Shown piece by piece: positions 16,507 to 25,080 of a DNA stretch of 32,000 nucleotides. The stretch is from Haloferax volcanii DS2 (lineage in GTDB: Archaea > Halobacteriota > Halobacteria > Halobacteriales > Haloferacaceae), in NCBI RefSeq assembly GCF_000025685.1, contig NC_013967.1, positions 1,080,001 through 1,112,000 of the forward strand, written 5' to 3'. The notes beneath the pieces were generated by a model that worked only from the letters and a program-made list of their open reading frames with translations, made no database searches and was not told the DNA's origin. The translations under genes and the position numbers were made by a program. The stretch's first letter is position 1. Each line of letters begins with the position of its first letter.

Positions 16507-17016
16507 TCAGAGAACGTGAGTGCCGCTCTTCGCGCTTCGCACGCGGAGGTCGCCGGTCTCGCTGTCGAGTTCCAGCGAACGGCCGTGGGAGCCGCCGACG
16601 TCCTCGGCGACGACGTCGATGCCGAACCCGTCGAGCGTCGTTCGCGTCGCGGCGACGTTTCGGTCGCCGATACTGCCGTCGCCGTCGGCCGAGGTGAAGT
16701 CGAACATCGTGCTTCCCCCGGCGATTTTGGCGACGATTCGGTCGGTGTCCGCGCCGACTGCCTGCATCTCTGCGATCAGGAGTTCGACGCCGGTGTCGAC
16801 GAACTTCGCCGGCTCGCTGCCGTCATCCGCCTCCGGAAGCATCGCGTGTGCGAGCCCCGAGACGCCGGTCTCGGGGTCGTACAGCGCGACGCCGATACAG
16901 GAACCGAGACCGCTCGTCGTCAGCGTGCTCTCGTCGCTGGAGACGGCGAAGTCGGCGATTCCGACCTTGATTCGGCCGGAGCGGGCCGCGGGCGTGTCCG
17001 TGGTGTAAACTTGCAT
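16507..17016 (-). CDS. cheD: Chemoreceptor glutamine deamidase CheD
   Basis: 169 aa. GLGSCIGVALYD (catalytic Cys), GLAHAMLP (His) and KIAGGSTMF are typical CheD motifs. Confidence 0.92.
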   Translation of the reverse strand: MQVYTTDTPAARSGRIKVGIADFAVSSDESTLTTSGLGSCIGVALYDPETGVSGLAHAMLPEADDGSEPAKFVDTGVELLIAEMQAVGADTDRIVAKIAGGSTMFDFTSADGDGSIGDRNVAATRTTLDGFGIDVVAEDVGGSHGRSLELDSETGDLRVRSAKSGTHVL

Positions 17017-17037
17017 TGAGATTCCTCTACGGAGGGG

Positions 17038-18225
17038 TCACGCGGCGGGCGAGAGTTGCTTGAGCGCCTTGCGCAGTTCCGTCTCGTCGGGGAGCGCGTA
17101 GATATCGCAGGTGAACTCGTCGTCGTCCGTTCGAATAGTCGAGTCGATGAGGAACGCGTACTCTTGGGACTGCGCGAGGTCGGTCGCGAGCGGGTCGATG
17201 ATGGCCGACCCGATGTCGTGGACGTGCTTCGGCGGCGAGATGTCGATGGTCGTTTCGAGCGCGTTCGCCCAGCCGTCGAGGAAGCCGGAGGTCGTGATGT
17301 TCCCGATTTCCTGAATCGCGCTCTGGCGCATCGCCTCGTCGCCCTCCATGCCCGGCAGGAGGCTGCTGGCGATGTTCTCGGCCGACGGCTCGTCGAAGAG
17401 GATAGCGATGTAGCCGCTCGGCGTCCCGCTGAACTCCAAGACGACGCCGCGTCGAACCGCGTCGGTCAGCGACATCGGCACGCCCTCGATGGGGACGAAG
17501 CTCAGCCGACTCACCTCGACGGTCGTGTCGATGCCCGTCATCGCGGTGATGTCCTCGGACGCCTGGGTCGCGCCGTCGTTTATCATCTCGGAGAAGGCGG
17601 CGAACGACTCGACCGGGAGCGCGCCGTCGTCGCCGCTCGCCTCGACGATGGTCCCGATGGACGAGGCGGTCGGCACCATGTACAGGTCGAACTCGATGGC
17701 GTTGTCCGCGGCCTCCAACTGGTTGCGGAAGACGAGGACGTGCTCGTCGTCGCCGCCGTTTTCGAACCCCTCGGCGTCGACGCGGTCGAGCGGGCCGTCG
17801 TTCTCGTCGTCGACGTAGGTCGGTGTCGTGATGTCGACGGTGGTGTCGAGGTAGTCGGCCCAGCCGTCGATGAAACCGCCGAGCATGATGTTCGCGACCT
17901 CTTTGAGGCTACTCTCAGCGAGTTCGCCGTCGGCGTCGGTGGCGTCGATGCCCGGCATCAACGCGTCGACCAACCGCTCTGCGGACTCGGGCGAGAACGC
18001 CAACACGGTGTGGCCGTCTAAGCCGCCCGAAAAGCCGATGTGGACGCTCACGAGGTCGCGCTCGGCGAACTCGTTTTCCACGTCCGACTTCGTCCCGAGT
18101 TCGACCTTGGTGACGTTGACGTACGTGTCGATGCCCGCGAGCGTGGTCAGCGAACCGGCGGCTTTCTCCGCGCCCGAGTGGGCGAGCCGACTGAACGTGC
18201 GGAGCGACCGGACGTCGAGATTCAT
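17038..18225 (-). CDS. cheC: CheY-P phosphatase CheC, duplicated CheC-CheC architecture
   Basis: 395 aa from ATG 18225. Two internally repeated halves (AAGSLTTLAGIDTYVNVTKVEL... and ASEDITAMTGIDTTVEVSRLSF...) contain EVANIMLGGFIDGWA and EIGNITTSGFLDGWA CheC-type motifs. ATGA overlap with the cheY stop. Confidence 0.9.
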   Translation of the reverse strand: MNLDVRSLRTFSRLAHSGAEKAAGSLTTLAGIDTYVNVTKVELGTKSDVENEFAERDLVSVHIGFSGGLDGHTVLAFSPESAERLVDALMPGIDATDADGELAESSLKEVANIMLGGFIDGWADYLDTTVDITTPTYVDDENDGPLDRVDAEGFENGGDDEHVLVFRNQLEAADNAIEFDLYMVPTASSIGTIVEASGDDGALPVESFAAFSEMINDGATQASEDITAMTGIDTTVEVSRLSFVPIEGVPMSLTDAVRRGVVLEFSGTPSGYIAILFDEPSAENIASSLLPGMEGDEAMRQSAIQEIGNITTSGFLDGWANALETTIDISPPKHVHDIGSAIIDPLATDLAQSQEYAFLIDSTIRTDDDEFTCDIYALPDETELRKALKQLSPAA

Positions 18226-18590
18226 GCCTCTGCCTGAATCACGTCGGCGATAGCCTGGAGCACGTTCGGCTTCTGGAACGGCTTCGTGATGTAGCCGTCC
18301 GCCCCCGCCTCGACCGCTTCGCGCATCTTTTCTTCCTGTCCGACCGACGTGCACATGATAACCGATGCGCCGGCGTCGAGCGACTTGATCTCGGACGTCG
18401 CTTCGATGCCGTTTCGAATCGGCATCACGACGTCCATCGTGACGACATCGGGTTCGAGTTCGCGGTAGAGTTCCACCGCTTCGACCCCGTTTTCGGCCTC
18501 GCCGACGACTTCGTGTTCACCCTCGAGGAGCTGTTTGAGGAGATTCCGCATGAACGCAGAGTCGTCCACGACCAGTACCTTGCTTGCCAT
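18222..18590 (-). CDS. cheY: Chemotaxis response regulator CheY
   Basis: 122 aa. MASKVLVVDDSAFMRNLL..., phospho-acceptor context DVVTMDVVMP, conserved T (CTS) and K (ITKPF). ggaggt lies just upstream of ATG 18590. Confidence 0.95.
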   Translation of the reverse strand: MASKVLVVDDSAFMRNLLKQLLEGEHEVVGEAENGVEAVELYRELEPDVVTMDVVMPIRNGIEATSEIKSLDAGASVIMCTSVGQEEKMREAVEAGADGYITKPFQKPNVLQAIADVIQAEA

Positions 18591-18738
18591 ACCTCCAGAT
18601 TTCCGAAAATCACACCATAAACCCTTCCTCCCCATTATCAAGGCTGATATGGTGTGTCGAGGAGGAACCACCCGCGTCGCGTCGTGCAGACCGCAGCAAT
18701 CGGGTTCCAACGCCCACCCGAACCGCGTCACCGACGCA

Positions 18739-19401
18739 TCAGCGTCGGCGCGGCGGGAACGACGCGCCGGTGTCTTCGACGGCGTCGAGGAGGTCGCCGA
18801 TGCTGTCGTCTCGGTCGAGTCCGTTGGCGGTCGCGAGCGCCTCGACGGCACGAACGGGATAGGTAACCCGCACCTCCGAGGCTAAAAGCAGGATGCCGAG
18901 CACCTCGTCGCGCGGGGTGTCGGCGTTGCCGACGGCGTCGGCGTACCACGAGAGAAACGAGTTGACGACTTCGGTCACGTCGTCGGAGACGGTCTCGTGG
19001 CGAGCGACGTTGCCGTCGACGAGCGCGGTGGTGACGAGCGCGTGGTCCGCGCGGACCGCTCCGACGCGCTCTGCGAGCAGGCGTCGAGCGAGCACGGCCC
19101 GTTTTTTCGGGTCTTTCGGGAGGACGAGTTCGGGAGCCGCGGCGTCCTCGCCGCGCTCGTCGTGCTCGTCGCCCTCGCCGGAGGTCTCCGTATCGGACCC
19201 TGTGGTCTCACCCGAATCGGAGGGCGGGCTCTCGTCGTCTGCCGCGTCGGCGGCCGGCGGCTTGGCCTCTCCGGTCGAGATGACGTACCGGCCCGTGTCG
19301 AGCGCCGCGACGTGCTCGTCGCGGCTGATATCGAGTTCGTCCGTCCCGACGACCCCCTGTTCTCGCTGGTGAGTGGGGGGACGTTCGTCCTCGTCGTCCA
19401 T
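18739..19401 (-). CDS. Hypothetical acidic protein (220 aa): disordered N-terminal half, helical C-terminal domain
   Basis: This is the only halophile-like part of the 514-aa ORF 18739-20283. It starts at ATG 19401 (MDDEDERPPTHQ...), with a minus-strand TATA-like attatatg ~26 nt upstream. No family recognised. Confidence 0.6.
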   Translation of the reverse strand: MDDEDERPPTHQREQGVVGTDELDISRDEHVAALDTGRYVISTGEAKPPAADAADDESPPSDSGETTGSDTETSGEGDEHDERGEDAAAPELVLPKDPKKRAVLARRLLAERVGAVRADHALVTTALVDGNVARHETVSDDVTEVVNSFLSWYADAVGNADTPRDEVLGILLLASEVRVTYPVRAVEALATANGLDRDDSIGDLLDAVEDTGASFPPRRR

Positions 19402-19423
19402 CGGCGAATGCTCGGTGCCGTGG

Positions 19424-19431
19424 CATATAAT
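19424..19431 (-). promoter_or_regulatory. TATA-like box for the 18739-19401 gene (leaderless geometry)
   Basis: The plus strand reads catataat and the minus strand attatatg, centred ~26 nt upstream of ATG 19401. Confidence 0.35.
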
Positions 19432-19509
19432 CCCATCGTCACCGTCCGTGGCGGACTCACTACTATGACTGAGAACGTGGCAGATAGCCAACCAACACAT
19501 TGACAAGCC

Positions 19510-19872
19510 GTGCGTCCTGATAAATCTCCATCTATGGAGTCTGACAGGACCCTCTCCGCACTGGGAAACGAATACAACCCTGACATCCTCCGTGCCGCGG
19601 ACGAACCCCACTCGGCACAGGAGTTCAGCGAGATGTTGGACATCCCCATCGCGACCTGTTATCGCCGGATCGAGGAGTTGACGGCGGCGGGGCTCCTCGA
19701 ACTGCACGACCGGGTTCTCTCCGACGAGCACCGACGAACGAACGTCTACCGCCGTGAAGTCGACGAAATCGTCGTTCGGTTCGAGGGCGACGACTACACG
19801 GTCAGCGTGACCGAACGCCCGGAGGTGAAGAACAAACTCGACGACGTGTGGCGGAAGATTACGCAGGACTGA
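19510..19872 (+). CDS. Small winged-helix (ArsR/HTH_20-like) DNA-binding protein
   Basis: 112-120 aa (GTG 19510 or ATG 19534). AQEFSEMLDIPIATCYRRIEELTAAGLLE forms the helix-turn-helix and RTNVYRR the wing. It lies 213 bp upstream of, and co-oriented with, the archaellin genes. Confidence 0.75.
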   Translation: MRPDKSPSMESDRTLSALGNEYNPDILRAADEPHSAQEFSEMLDIPIATCYRRIEELTAAGLLELHDRVLSDEHRRTNVYRREVDEIVVRFEGDDYTVSVTERPEVKNKLDDVWRKITQD

Positions 19873-20085
19873 ACCGCTCCGACTCCGGACTCTTTTCTTA
19901 CGTTTTCTGAGACGAGTGCTCGCTGATCGCTCGCGTGAGCGTGCGGAGGAGTTTACGTATTGACGCACCGACCCTACGATATCAGTCTTGATAGTGAGGG
20001 CCGTAGCGTTATGTAGGACCTCTCCAAGTTGACGAGTGACGGTTCCCCGCTCCCCACCGAGTGTGGGACCAAACCCACGAAATCT

Positions 20086-20727
20086 ATGTTCGAAAACATC
20101 AACGAAGACCGGGGTCAGGTCGGTATCGGGACGCTCATCGTCTTCATCGCGATGGTTCTGGTCGCCGCAATCGCGGCGGGCGTCCTCGTGAACACGGCTG
20201 GCTTCCTGCAAGCCACTGCCGAGGACGCCGGACAGCAATCTGTGAACAAGGTCACCAACCGCGTCGACGTCGTCAACGCCCACGGCTTGGTTAACAAGAC
20301 CGGCGAGGAACGCACCGTCGACCAGATTTTCCTGACGGTCCGCCTCGCGGCCGGTTCGGGGAGTGTCTCTCTCGAAGATACGACGGTCAAGTACCTGAGT
20401 GAGACGACCGCGCGAACCCTCACCTACAACGACACCGTCACCGGCTCCGACACGGCAGACCCGGCTAACCTGACGACTGGGAACAACTTCACCGCGGGCG
20501 TCCTCGAAGACGGGGACGACTCGTTCGAGGTTCTCAACGAGCAGTCCGACCGCGCGGAGATGGTCATCAACACCTCCACGGTCGAGGGTGACAACACCAA
20601 CGGGACGGCCACGGGTCAGACCGTCAAGCTCGACATCACCAGCCGCAACGGTGGCACGGCGCAGGTCATCCTGACGATGCCCCAGCAGCTCGCCGGCAAG
20701 GACAACAACGACCCCATTGCGCTCTGA
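20086..20727 (+). CDS. arlA1: Archaellin (first of a tandem pair; numbering is positional)
   Basis: [10 protein letters not shown]|[32 protein letters not shown] is a class III signal peptide with the archaeal prepilin-peptidase site and conserved hydrophobic N-terminus. Multiple N-x-S/T sequons (NKT, NDT, NLT, NFT, NTS, NGT). Confidence 0.95.
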   Translation: MFENINEDRGQVGIGTLIVFIAMVLVAAIAAGVLVNTAGFLQATAEDAGQQSVNKVTNRVDVVNAHGLVNKTGEERTVDQIFLTVRLAAGSGSVSLEDTTVKYLSETTARTLTYNDTVTGSDTADPANLTTGNNFTAGVLEDGDDSFEVLNEQSDRAEMVINTSTVEGDNTNGTATGQTVKLDITSRNGGTAQVILTMPQQLAGKDNNDPIAL

Positions 20728-20737
20728 GGAGATTCAA

Positions 20738-21400
20738 ATGTTCAACAACATCACTGACGACGACCGCGGTCAGGTCGGTATCGGGACGCTCATCGTCTTC
20801 ATCGCGATGGTTCTGGTCGCCGCAATCGCGGCGGGCGTCCTCGTGAACACGGCCGGCTTCCTGCAGGCAACTGCCGAAGACGCCGGAGAGCAGTCCGTGA
20901 ACAAGGTCACCAACCGCGTCGAAGTTCTCAACACGCACGGCACGGTCGGCGGCGAAGAGGACATCGACAACATCACGCTCACCGTTCGTCTCGCCGCCGG
21001 TTCCGACGCGGTGGACATGAACGAGACCTCGATTAAGTACCTCAGCGGCGACAGCGTCGTCACCCTGACCAACCAGACGGTGACGTCCGGAGCGAACTCC
21101 GCGACGAACGACTCCGCGGAAGGCGTCGCAGACAGCGACGAGTTCGGCCTCTCCGAAGTCACCGACGACGACGGCTCGTTCGGCGTCCTCAACAGCATGA
21201 ACGACCGCTATGAGGTCACCATCGACACGGCCGCAATCGAAACCAGCGACGGTGACAACACTAACCTCATCGGCGGTCTCTCGACGGGCGAGCAGGTCAC
21301 CCTCGAAATCACCTCTCGCACGGGCGGGACGACGCAGGTCATCCTGACGATGCCCCAGCAGCTCGCCGGCAAGACGCAGAACGAACCCGTCGAACTGTAA
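20738..21400 (+). CDS. arlA2: Archaellin (second of the tandem pair)
   Basis: [11 protein letters not shown]|[32 protein letters not shown]. The C-terminus [17 protein letters not shown] is shared with arlA1. gaggag lies upstream of the ATG, 10 nt after the arlA1 stop. Confidence 0.95.
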   Translation: MFNNITDDDRGQVGIGTLIVFIAMVLVAAIAAGVLVNTAGFLQATAEDAGEQSVNKVTNRVEVLNTHGTVGGEEDIDNITLTVRLAAGSDAVDMNETSIKYLSGDSVVTLTNQTVTSGANSATNDSAEGVADSDEFGLSEVTDDDGSFGVLNSMNDRYEVTIDTAAIETSDGDNTNLIGGLSTGEQVTLEITSRTGGTTQVILTMPQQLAGKTQNEPVEL

Positions 21401-21413
21401 CCCGGCACCGAAA

Positions 21414-21429
21414 CTTTCCTTTCATTTTA
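21414..21429 (+). terminator. T-rich tract after the archaellin genes
   Basis: ctttcctttcatttta begins 14 nt after the arlA2 stop. Oligo-T tracts are the main archaeal termination signal. Confidence 0.4.
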
Positions 21430-21719
21430 TCGACGTCGACTGCCGAGCGGCAGCGCTGTCGTTTGTTCGGAGTGCACGGCCCACAGCGCGACTCGACCGA
21501 GTGACGCTGTCGGTCGCGGCGCTCACGTGACGGGCAACGCCGCAGCCGAGTCGGGACGGTGAGCCGAGACGAACTGCGAGGAGACAGTAGCTGGTGAGAC
21601 GAACACGAACAAATCGACGAGTCGGGCGCGTTCTCGTGTGCGAGCGAGTCGAAAGAGCCGACGGCGAAAACAGGGAGAGCGCAGCGAGATCGGGGCCACC
21701 GGCCTTCAGGACCGACCCG

Positions 21720-22460
21720 TTACTCGGTCTCTTCGCCGAACCACGGCGGCGACTCCCCGACCATGGAGAACCCGGCCGCCTGCTCGTATATCTTGATACC
21801 CCCCTGTGCGATTTCCAGCGGGAACATGGAGTTCTTGATGCTCTGCTTGCGCATTTTCGCGACCCAGATGTAGCGGTTGCTCGTCGCGCCCGCGGGACTC
21901 TGGATGAGGTAGATGTTCCCGTCGGTCAGGAAGTTCTCGAGGCCGATGTCGGTCTCGGGGAAGATGGCCGACTGCTCGGTCGTCAGAAGCGAGGTGAGAC
22001 CGCTGTCTTTCAGGATGTCGATGAACTTCAACAGATACTGGCGCTGTTCTTTCTCGTCGTCGAAAAACAGCTGGAACATCGTCAGCGAGTCGAGGACGAG
22101 CCGGTCGTAGTTGGTGTCCTGGAGGTCGCCGAGGATGCGGTCGAGCGTCGCCGAGAAGTCGCCGTCGCGGAGGAGCGTCCGCTTGTCGTAGACCTTGATC
22201 TCGCCGGACTCGACGTACTCGTGCCAGCGGTCGAAGCCGATGGACTCGGCCGCCTCGCGGATGTCGTCTTCCGTCTCTTCGAAGGTGAGATACAGGCCAC
22301 CCTCATCGAACTGGTCGACGCCGTTGTAGAGATACTGGAGGCCGAGGATACTCTTCCCTGTCCCCGGGTTGCCGCTGATGAGCACCGCGGCGTTCTTGAC
22401 GATACCGCCGTTCAGGATGGAATCGAGTCCTTCGACACCGGTCTTGACTAGTTCTGTCAT
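21720..22460 (-). CDS. KaiC-like / RecA-superfamily single-domain ATPase (distinct from ArlH)
   Basis: 246 aa. GVEGLDSILNGGI, Walker A GNPGTGKS, LYLTFEE (catalytic Glu pair), Walker B YDRLVLDSL. Confidence 0.9.
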   Translation of the reverse strand: MTELVKTGVEGLDSILNGGIVKNAAVLISGNPGTGKSILGLQYLYNGVDQFDEGGLYLTFEETEDDIREAAESIGFDRWHEYVESGEIKVYDKRTLLRDGDFSATLDRILGDLQDTNYDRLVLDSLTMFQLFFDDEKEQRQYLLKFIDILKDSGLTSLLTTEQSAIFPETDIGLENFLTDGNIYLIQSPAGATSNRYIWVAKMRKQSIKNSMFPLEIAQGGIKIYEQAAGFSMVGESPPWFGEETE

Positions 22461-22549
22461 GGTTGTGTTGAAACGGGTGTTGGCTGTCGGAGGAATGTCC
22501 GTGCCGACGCCGGATAATTCTTCTTACCGCCGCTACGCCGTCGTCTGAC

Positions 22550-22557
22550 TTTTATTA
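22550..22557 (+). promoter_or_regulatory. TATA-like box upstream of the arlCE operon
   Basis: ttttatta lies in the 310-bp divergent region between the KaiC-like gene and arlCE. It would imply a ~190-nt leader, so the assignment is tentative. Confidence 0.25.
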
Positions 22558-22769
22558 CACGTTCGTCGCACAGAAATTCATAACCGCGAAAATATCGGGT
22601 CTGATAACGGGACGGGAACTTTCTTGTACCGACTTACGTACCTTGCACCAATGTTACCTGCTCCCCCGAGTGCGTCGGACCTCCCCGGCCGGTTCGCCGC
22701 TCGGCCGGGTGACAGGCCGTCGCTCGAACGAATCGCCCCGCAGGCGGTGCGGAGGTGCTCGCCGCGAGC

Positions 22770-24209
22770 ATGATGGAGTGGCAGAACGACGAAGACACGG
22801 CCGACACCGGGGACGAAACGGACACGGAAGAACAACATATGTCATCAGACGATGGACTTGGATTCGAGGAGGGAATCGACGACCTCTCCGACGAGTTTGG
22901 TGACTTCGGCGACGACCTCGACGACGGATTCGACGACGACGAATTCGGCGGATTCGGTGACGACAACAGCGAGGAACTCGCAGAGCTCGAAGATCGCGTC
23001 GGCGAACTCGAGAACGAAGTAAGCGCCATCTCGTCGGGGATGAACACCGTCCGCGAAGAGAACAAACAGATCGGTGAGACCGTCGAAGAGCTCGACGACA
23101 CGATTCGCAAACTGCTCGACATCTACGAGATGGTCACCCGCGGCATCAACCCGTTCGTCGACGACGCCCGCGAGATGGGCGGCCTCGACGGCGGCGGCGC
23201 GTTCGGCCTCTTCGAGGCGGAAGCCGAGGACGAAGAGTATCTCGACCCCGAGGTGGCGAACGCCGACGCCGAGTCGTTCTTCGACGACGACTTCGGCGAA
23301 CTCGACGCCGAGGAGGGCGCGAAAGAAGCGGAACTCGCCGCGGAGGACGAACTCGCGGAAGCGGAGCGCGAGAGCCCCGCGGACGTGCTCGACGACGAGG
23401 ACGACGAGCACGGCGAAGCCGGCGAAGCCGACGAGACCGACGACGCGGGCGGTGCGGGCGGCGCGAGCTTCGACGACCTCAAAGAACAGTACGAGGAGGG
23501 CGACGGCTGGGACGACGAGGACGACGCGGCGGCGGACGACGCCGAAACGGACCTCGACGACGCGGCGGTCGACCTCGAAGACGAGGACGACGACGCGCTC
23601 GACGACGCCGACCCGCTCGACTCCGAGACGGCGGACGACGCGGAGGAAGACGACGAACCGGGCGACGAGGTGTCCGACGAATCCGAGACCGACCCGGCCC
23701 CCGAGATCGAGGACGGCGAGCAGGACGCCGACGGCGACGTCCGCAAGACGCTCGACGAACTGGAGGCCGAGTACGCCACTGCGGCGGGAACCAAAGACGG
23801 ACTGTCGGACGACGGCGAGGACGGCGCGGTCGCGGAACCCGAGTCGTCCGCGTCGGTCGAGGAGTCCGGCGCCTACCTGGCGACGCTCCCGTCGAACTAC
23901 GTCTCCGAGGTGCTCGTCCTCGAGTGGGCCGAACACCTCGTCACGGTCGGCGGCGCGCTCGGCGCGTCGCGTGCGCTCCGCCAGTATCGGGAGCAGGACT
24001 GGATATCGCGCGCCGTCGAGAGCGAGCTGAACGCCCACGTCGGACAGATAGCGCCGTCGGTCGAAGACGCCGACGACCACGAACTCCGCATCGACGACCA
24101 CCAGACGAGCCTCGCGTACGTCTGCCGGCTTGCGGAGGACGTTCCGCGGGGACAGCTGTACGAGGAGTTGGTCGCCTACGGGGGGAGATTCGATGGGATT
24201 CGGTGTTAG
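22770..24209 (+). CDS. arlCE: Archaellum accessory protein ArlCE (FlaC-FlaD/E fusion) with a long poly-acidic linker
   Basis: The N-terminal coiled-coil FlaC-like segment is EELAELEDRVGELENEVSAISSGMNTVREENKQIGETVEELDDTIRKLLDIYEMVTRGINPF. The C-terminal ArlD/E domain is EVLVLEWAEHLVTVGG...YREQDWISRAVE...SLAYVCRLAE. The start is uncertain: GTG 22755, ATG 22770/22773 or ATG 22839. Confidence 0.85.
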   Translation: MMEWQNDEDTADTGDETDTEEQHMSSDDGLGFEEGIDDLSDEFGDFGDDLDDGFDDDEFGGFGDDNSEELAELEDRVGELENEVSAISSGMNTVREENKQIGETVEELDDTIRKLLDIYEMVTRGINPFVDDAREMGGLDGGGAFGLFEAEAEDEEYLDPEVANADAESFFDDDFGELDAEEGAKEAELAAEDELAEAERESPADVLDDEDDEHGEAGEADETDDAGGAGGASFDDLKEQYEEGDGWDDEDDAAADDAETDLDDAAVDLEDEDDDALDDADPLDSETADDAEEDDEPGDEVSDESETDPAPEIEDGEQDADGDVRKTLDELEAEYATAAGTKDGLSDDGEDGAVAEPESSASVEESGAYLATLPSNYVSEVLVLEWAEHLVTVGGALGASRALRQYREQDWISRAVESELNAHVGQIAPSVEDADDHELRIDDHQTSLAYVCRLAEDVPRGQLYEELVAYGGRFDGIRC

Positions 24210-24630
24210 CGGCTCGACCGCCATCATCTTCCTCGGCGTCCTCATCGCCACGGGAACGCTGTACACGGCGACATCCAACGCGTCGGAGAACGTACTCGAA
24301 GCGCAGGACGCCGACGCGGAGCGGGCGCTCGAACGGACGAACACGGACATCGCCGTCACGAACGCGACCTACGACACGAACAACACGAGCCTCACGGTGA
24401 ACCTGACGAACGTCGGTTCGGAGACGCTCTCGGTGAGCGAGACCACGTTGCTCGTCGACAACGCCTACGTCGACGTGCCGTCGGCCAACGCGAGCGTCGA
24501 CGGCGACGCCGGAACCGACCTCTGGTACGCCGGCGAGAACCTCTCGTTCGTCGTGGACGCCGACCCAACCCCCGAACGGGTGAAAGTCGTCACCGGAAGC
24601 GGCGTCGCAGCCACGGAGGCGGTGAGCTAG
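24193..24630 (+). CDS. arlF: Archaellum protein ArlF (FlaF)
   Basis: MGFGVSGSTAIIFLGVLIATGTLYTA forms an N-terminal TM helix, followed by a beta-rich domain. It sits directly before arlG and overlaps the arlCE end by 17 nt. Confidence 0.85.
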   Translation: MGFGVSGSTAIIFLGVLIATGTLYTATSNASENVLEAQDADAERALERTNTDIAVTNATYDTNNTSLTVNLTNVGSETLSVSETTLLVDNAYVDVPSANASVDGDAGTDLWYAGENLSFVVDADPTPERVKVVTGSGVAATEAVS

Positions 24631-25080
24631 ATGGCCGACATCTCCGTTCCGAGCCTCATCCTATTCATCGCCAGCATCGTCGTCGCCGCCGGCGTCTCGG
24701 GCGTCCTCATCGATACCGTGACCGGCATCAGCAGTTCGCTCGACGAGCGCGGCGGCGACGTGAGCACAGAGATCAGAACAGACATCGAAGTCATAAGCGA
24801 CCCGCAGGCGGGCGTCTACGACGGCGGGAGCGACAACCTCTCGATATACGTCAAGAACACCGGCCTCAGGACGCTCCCGGCGGCCAGCGGCGGCTTCGAT
24901 ATCATCGTCGGCGGACAGTATCAGACCAACGTCACGGTGAACGTCGTCGACGGCACCGAGTGGCGGCCGAGCAACGTCATCGAACTCACGGTGACGGACA
25001 TCGCGCTGAGTTCGGGCGACTACCGGATGACAATCGTCGTCGACGGTGACGAAGAGGTGTTCGAATTCCGCGTACCATGA
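24631..25080 (+). CDS. arlG: Archaellum protein ArlG (FlaG)
   Basis: [30 protein letters not shown] forms an archaellin-like hydrophobic N-terminus. The ATG directly follows the arlF TAG. Confidence 0.85.
   Translation: MADISVPSLILFIASIVVAAGVSGVLIDTVTGISSSLDERGGDVSTEIRTDIEVISDPQAGVYDGGSDNLSIYVKNTGLRTLPAASGGFDIIVGGQYQTNVTVNVVDGTEWRPSNVIELTVTDIALSSGDYRMTIVVDGDEEVFEFRVP

Noticed and set aside
18739-20283. 514-aa minus-strand ORF spanning the acidic orphan gene, the wHTH gene and the start of arlA1
   Set aside because: It is a composite. The portion upstream of ATG 19401 runs through an AT-richer promoter region and is antisense to two well-supported plus-strand genes. Only the 3' 220 codons are kept.
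22845-24359. Several long ORFs in other frames and strands across the arlCE acidic linker (22845-24359 minus, 23074-24030 plus, 23123-23794 minus)
   Set aside because: They are alternative-frame translations of GA(C/G)-rich repeats, giving poly-Ser, poly-Arg/Thr or poly-Val/Leu strings. The arlCE frame has recognisable FlaC and ArlD/E domains at both ends.
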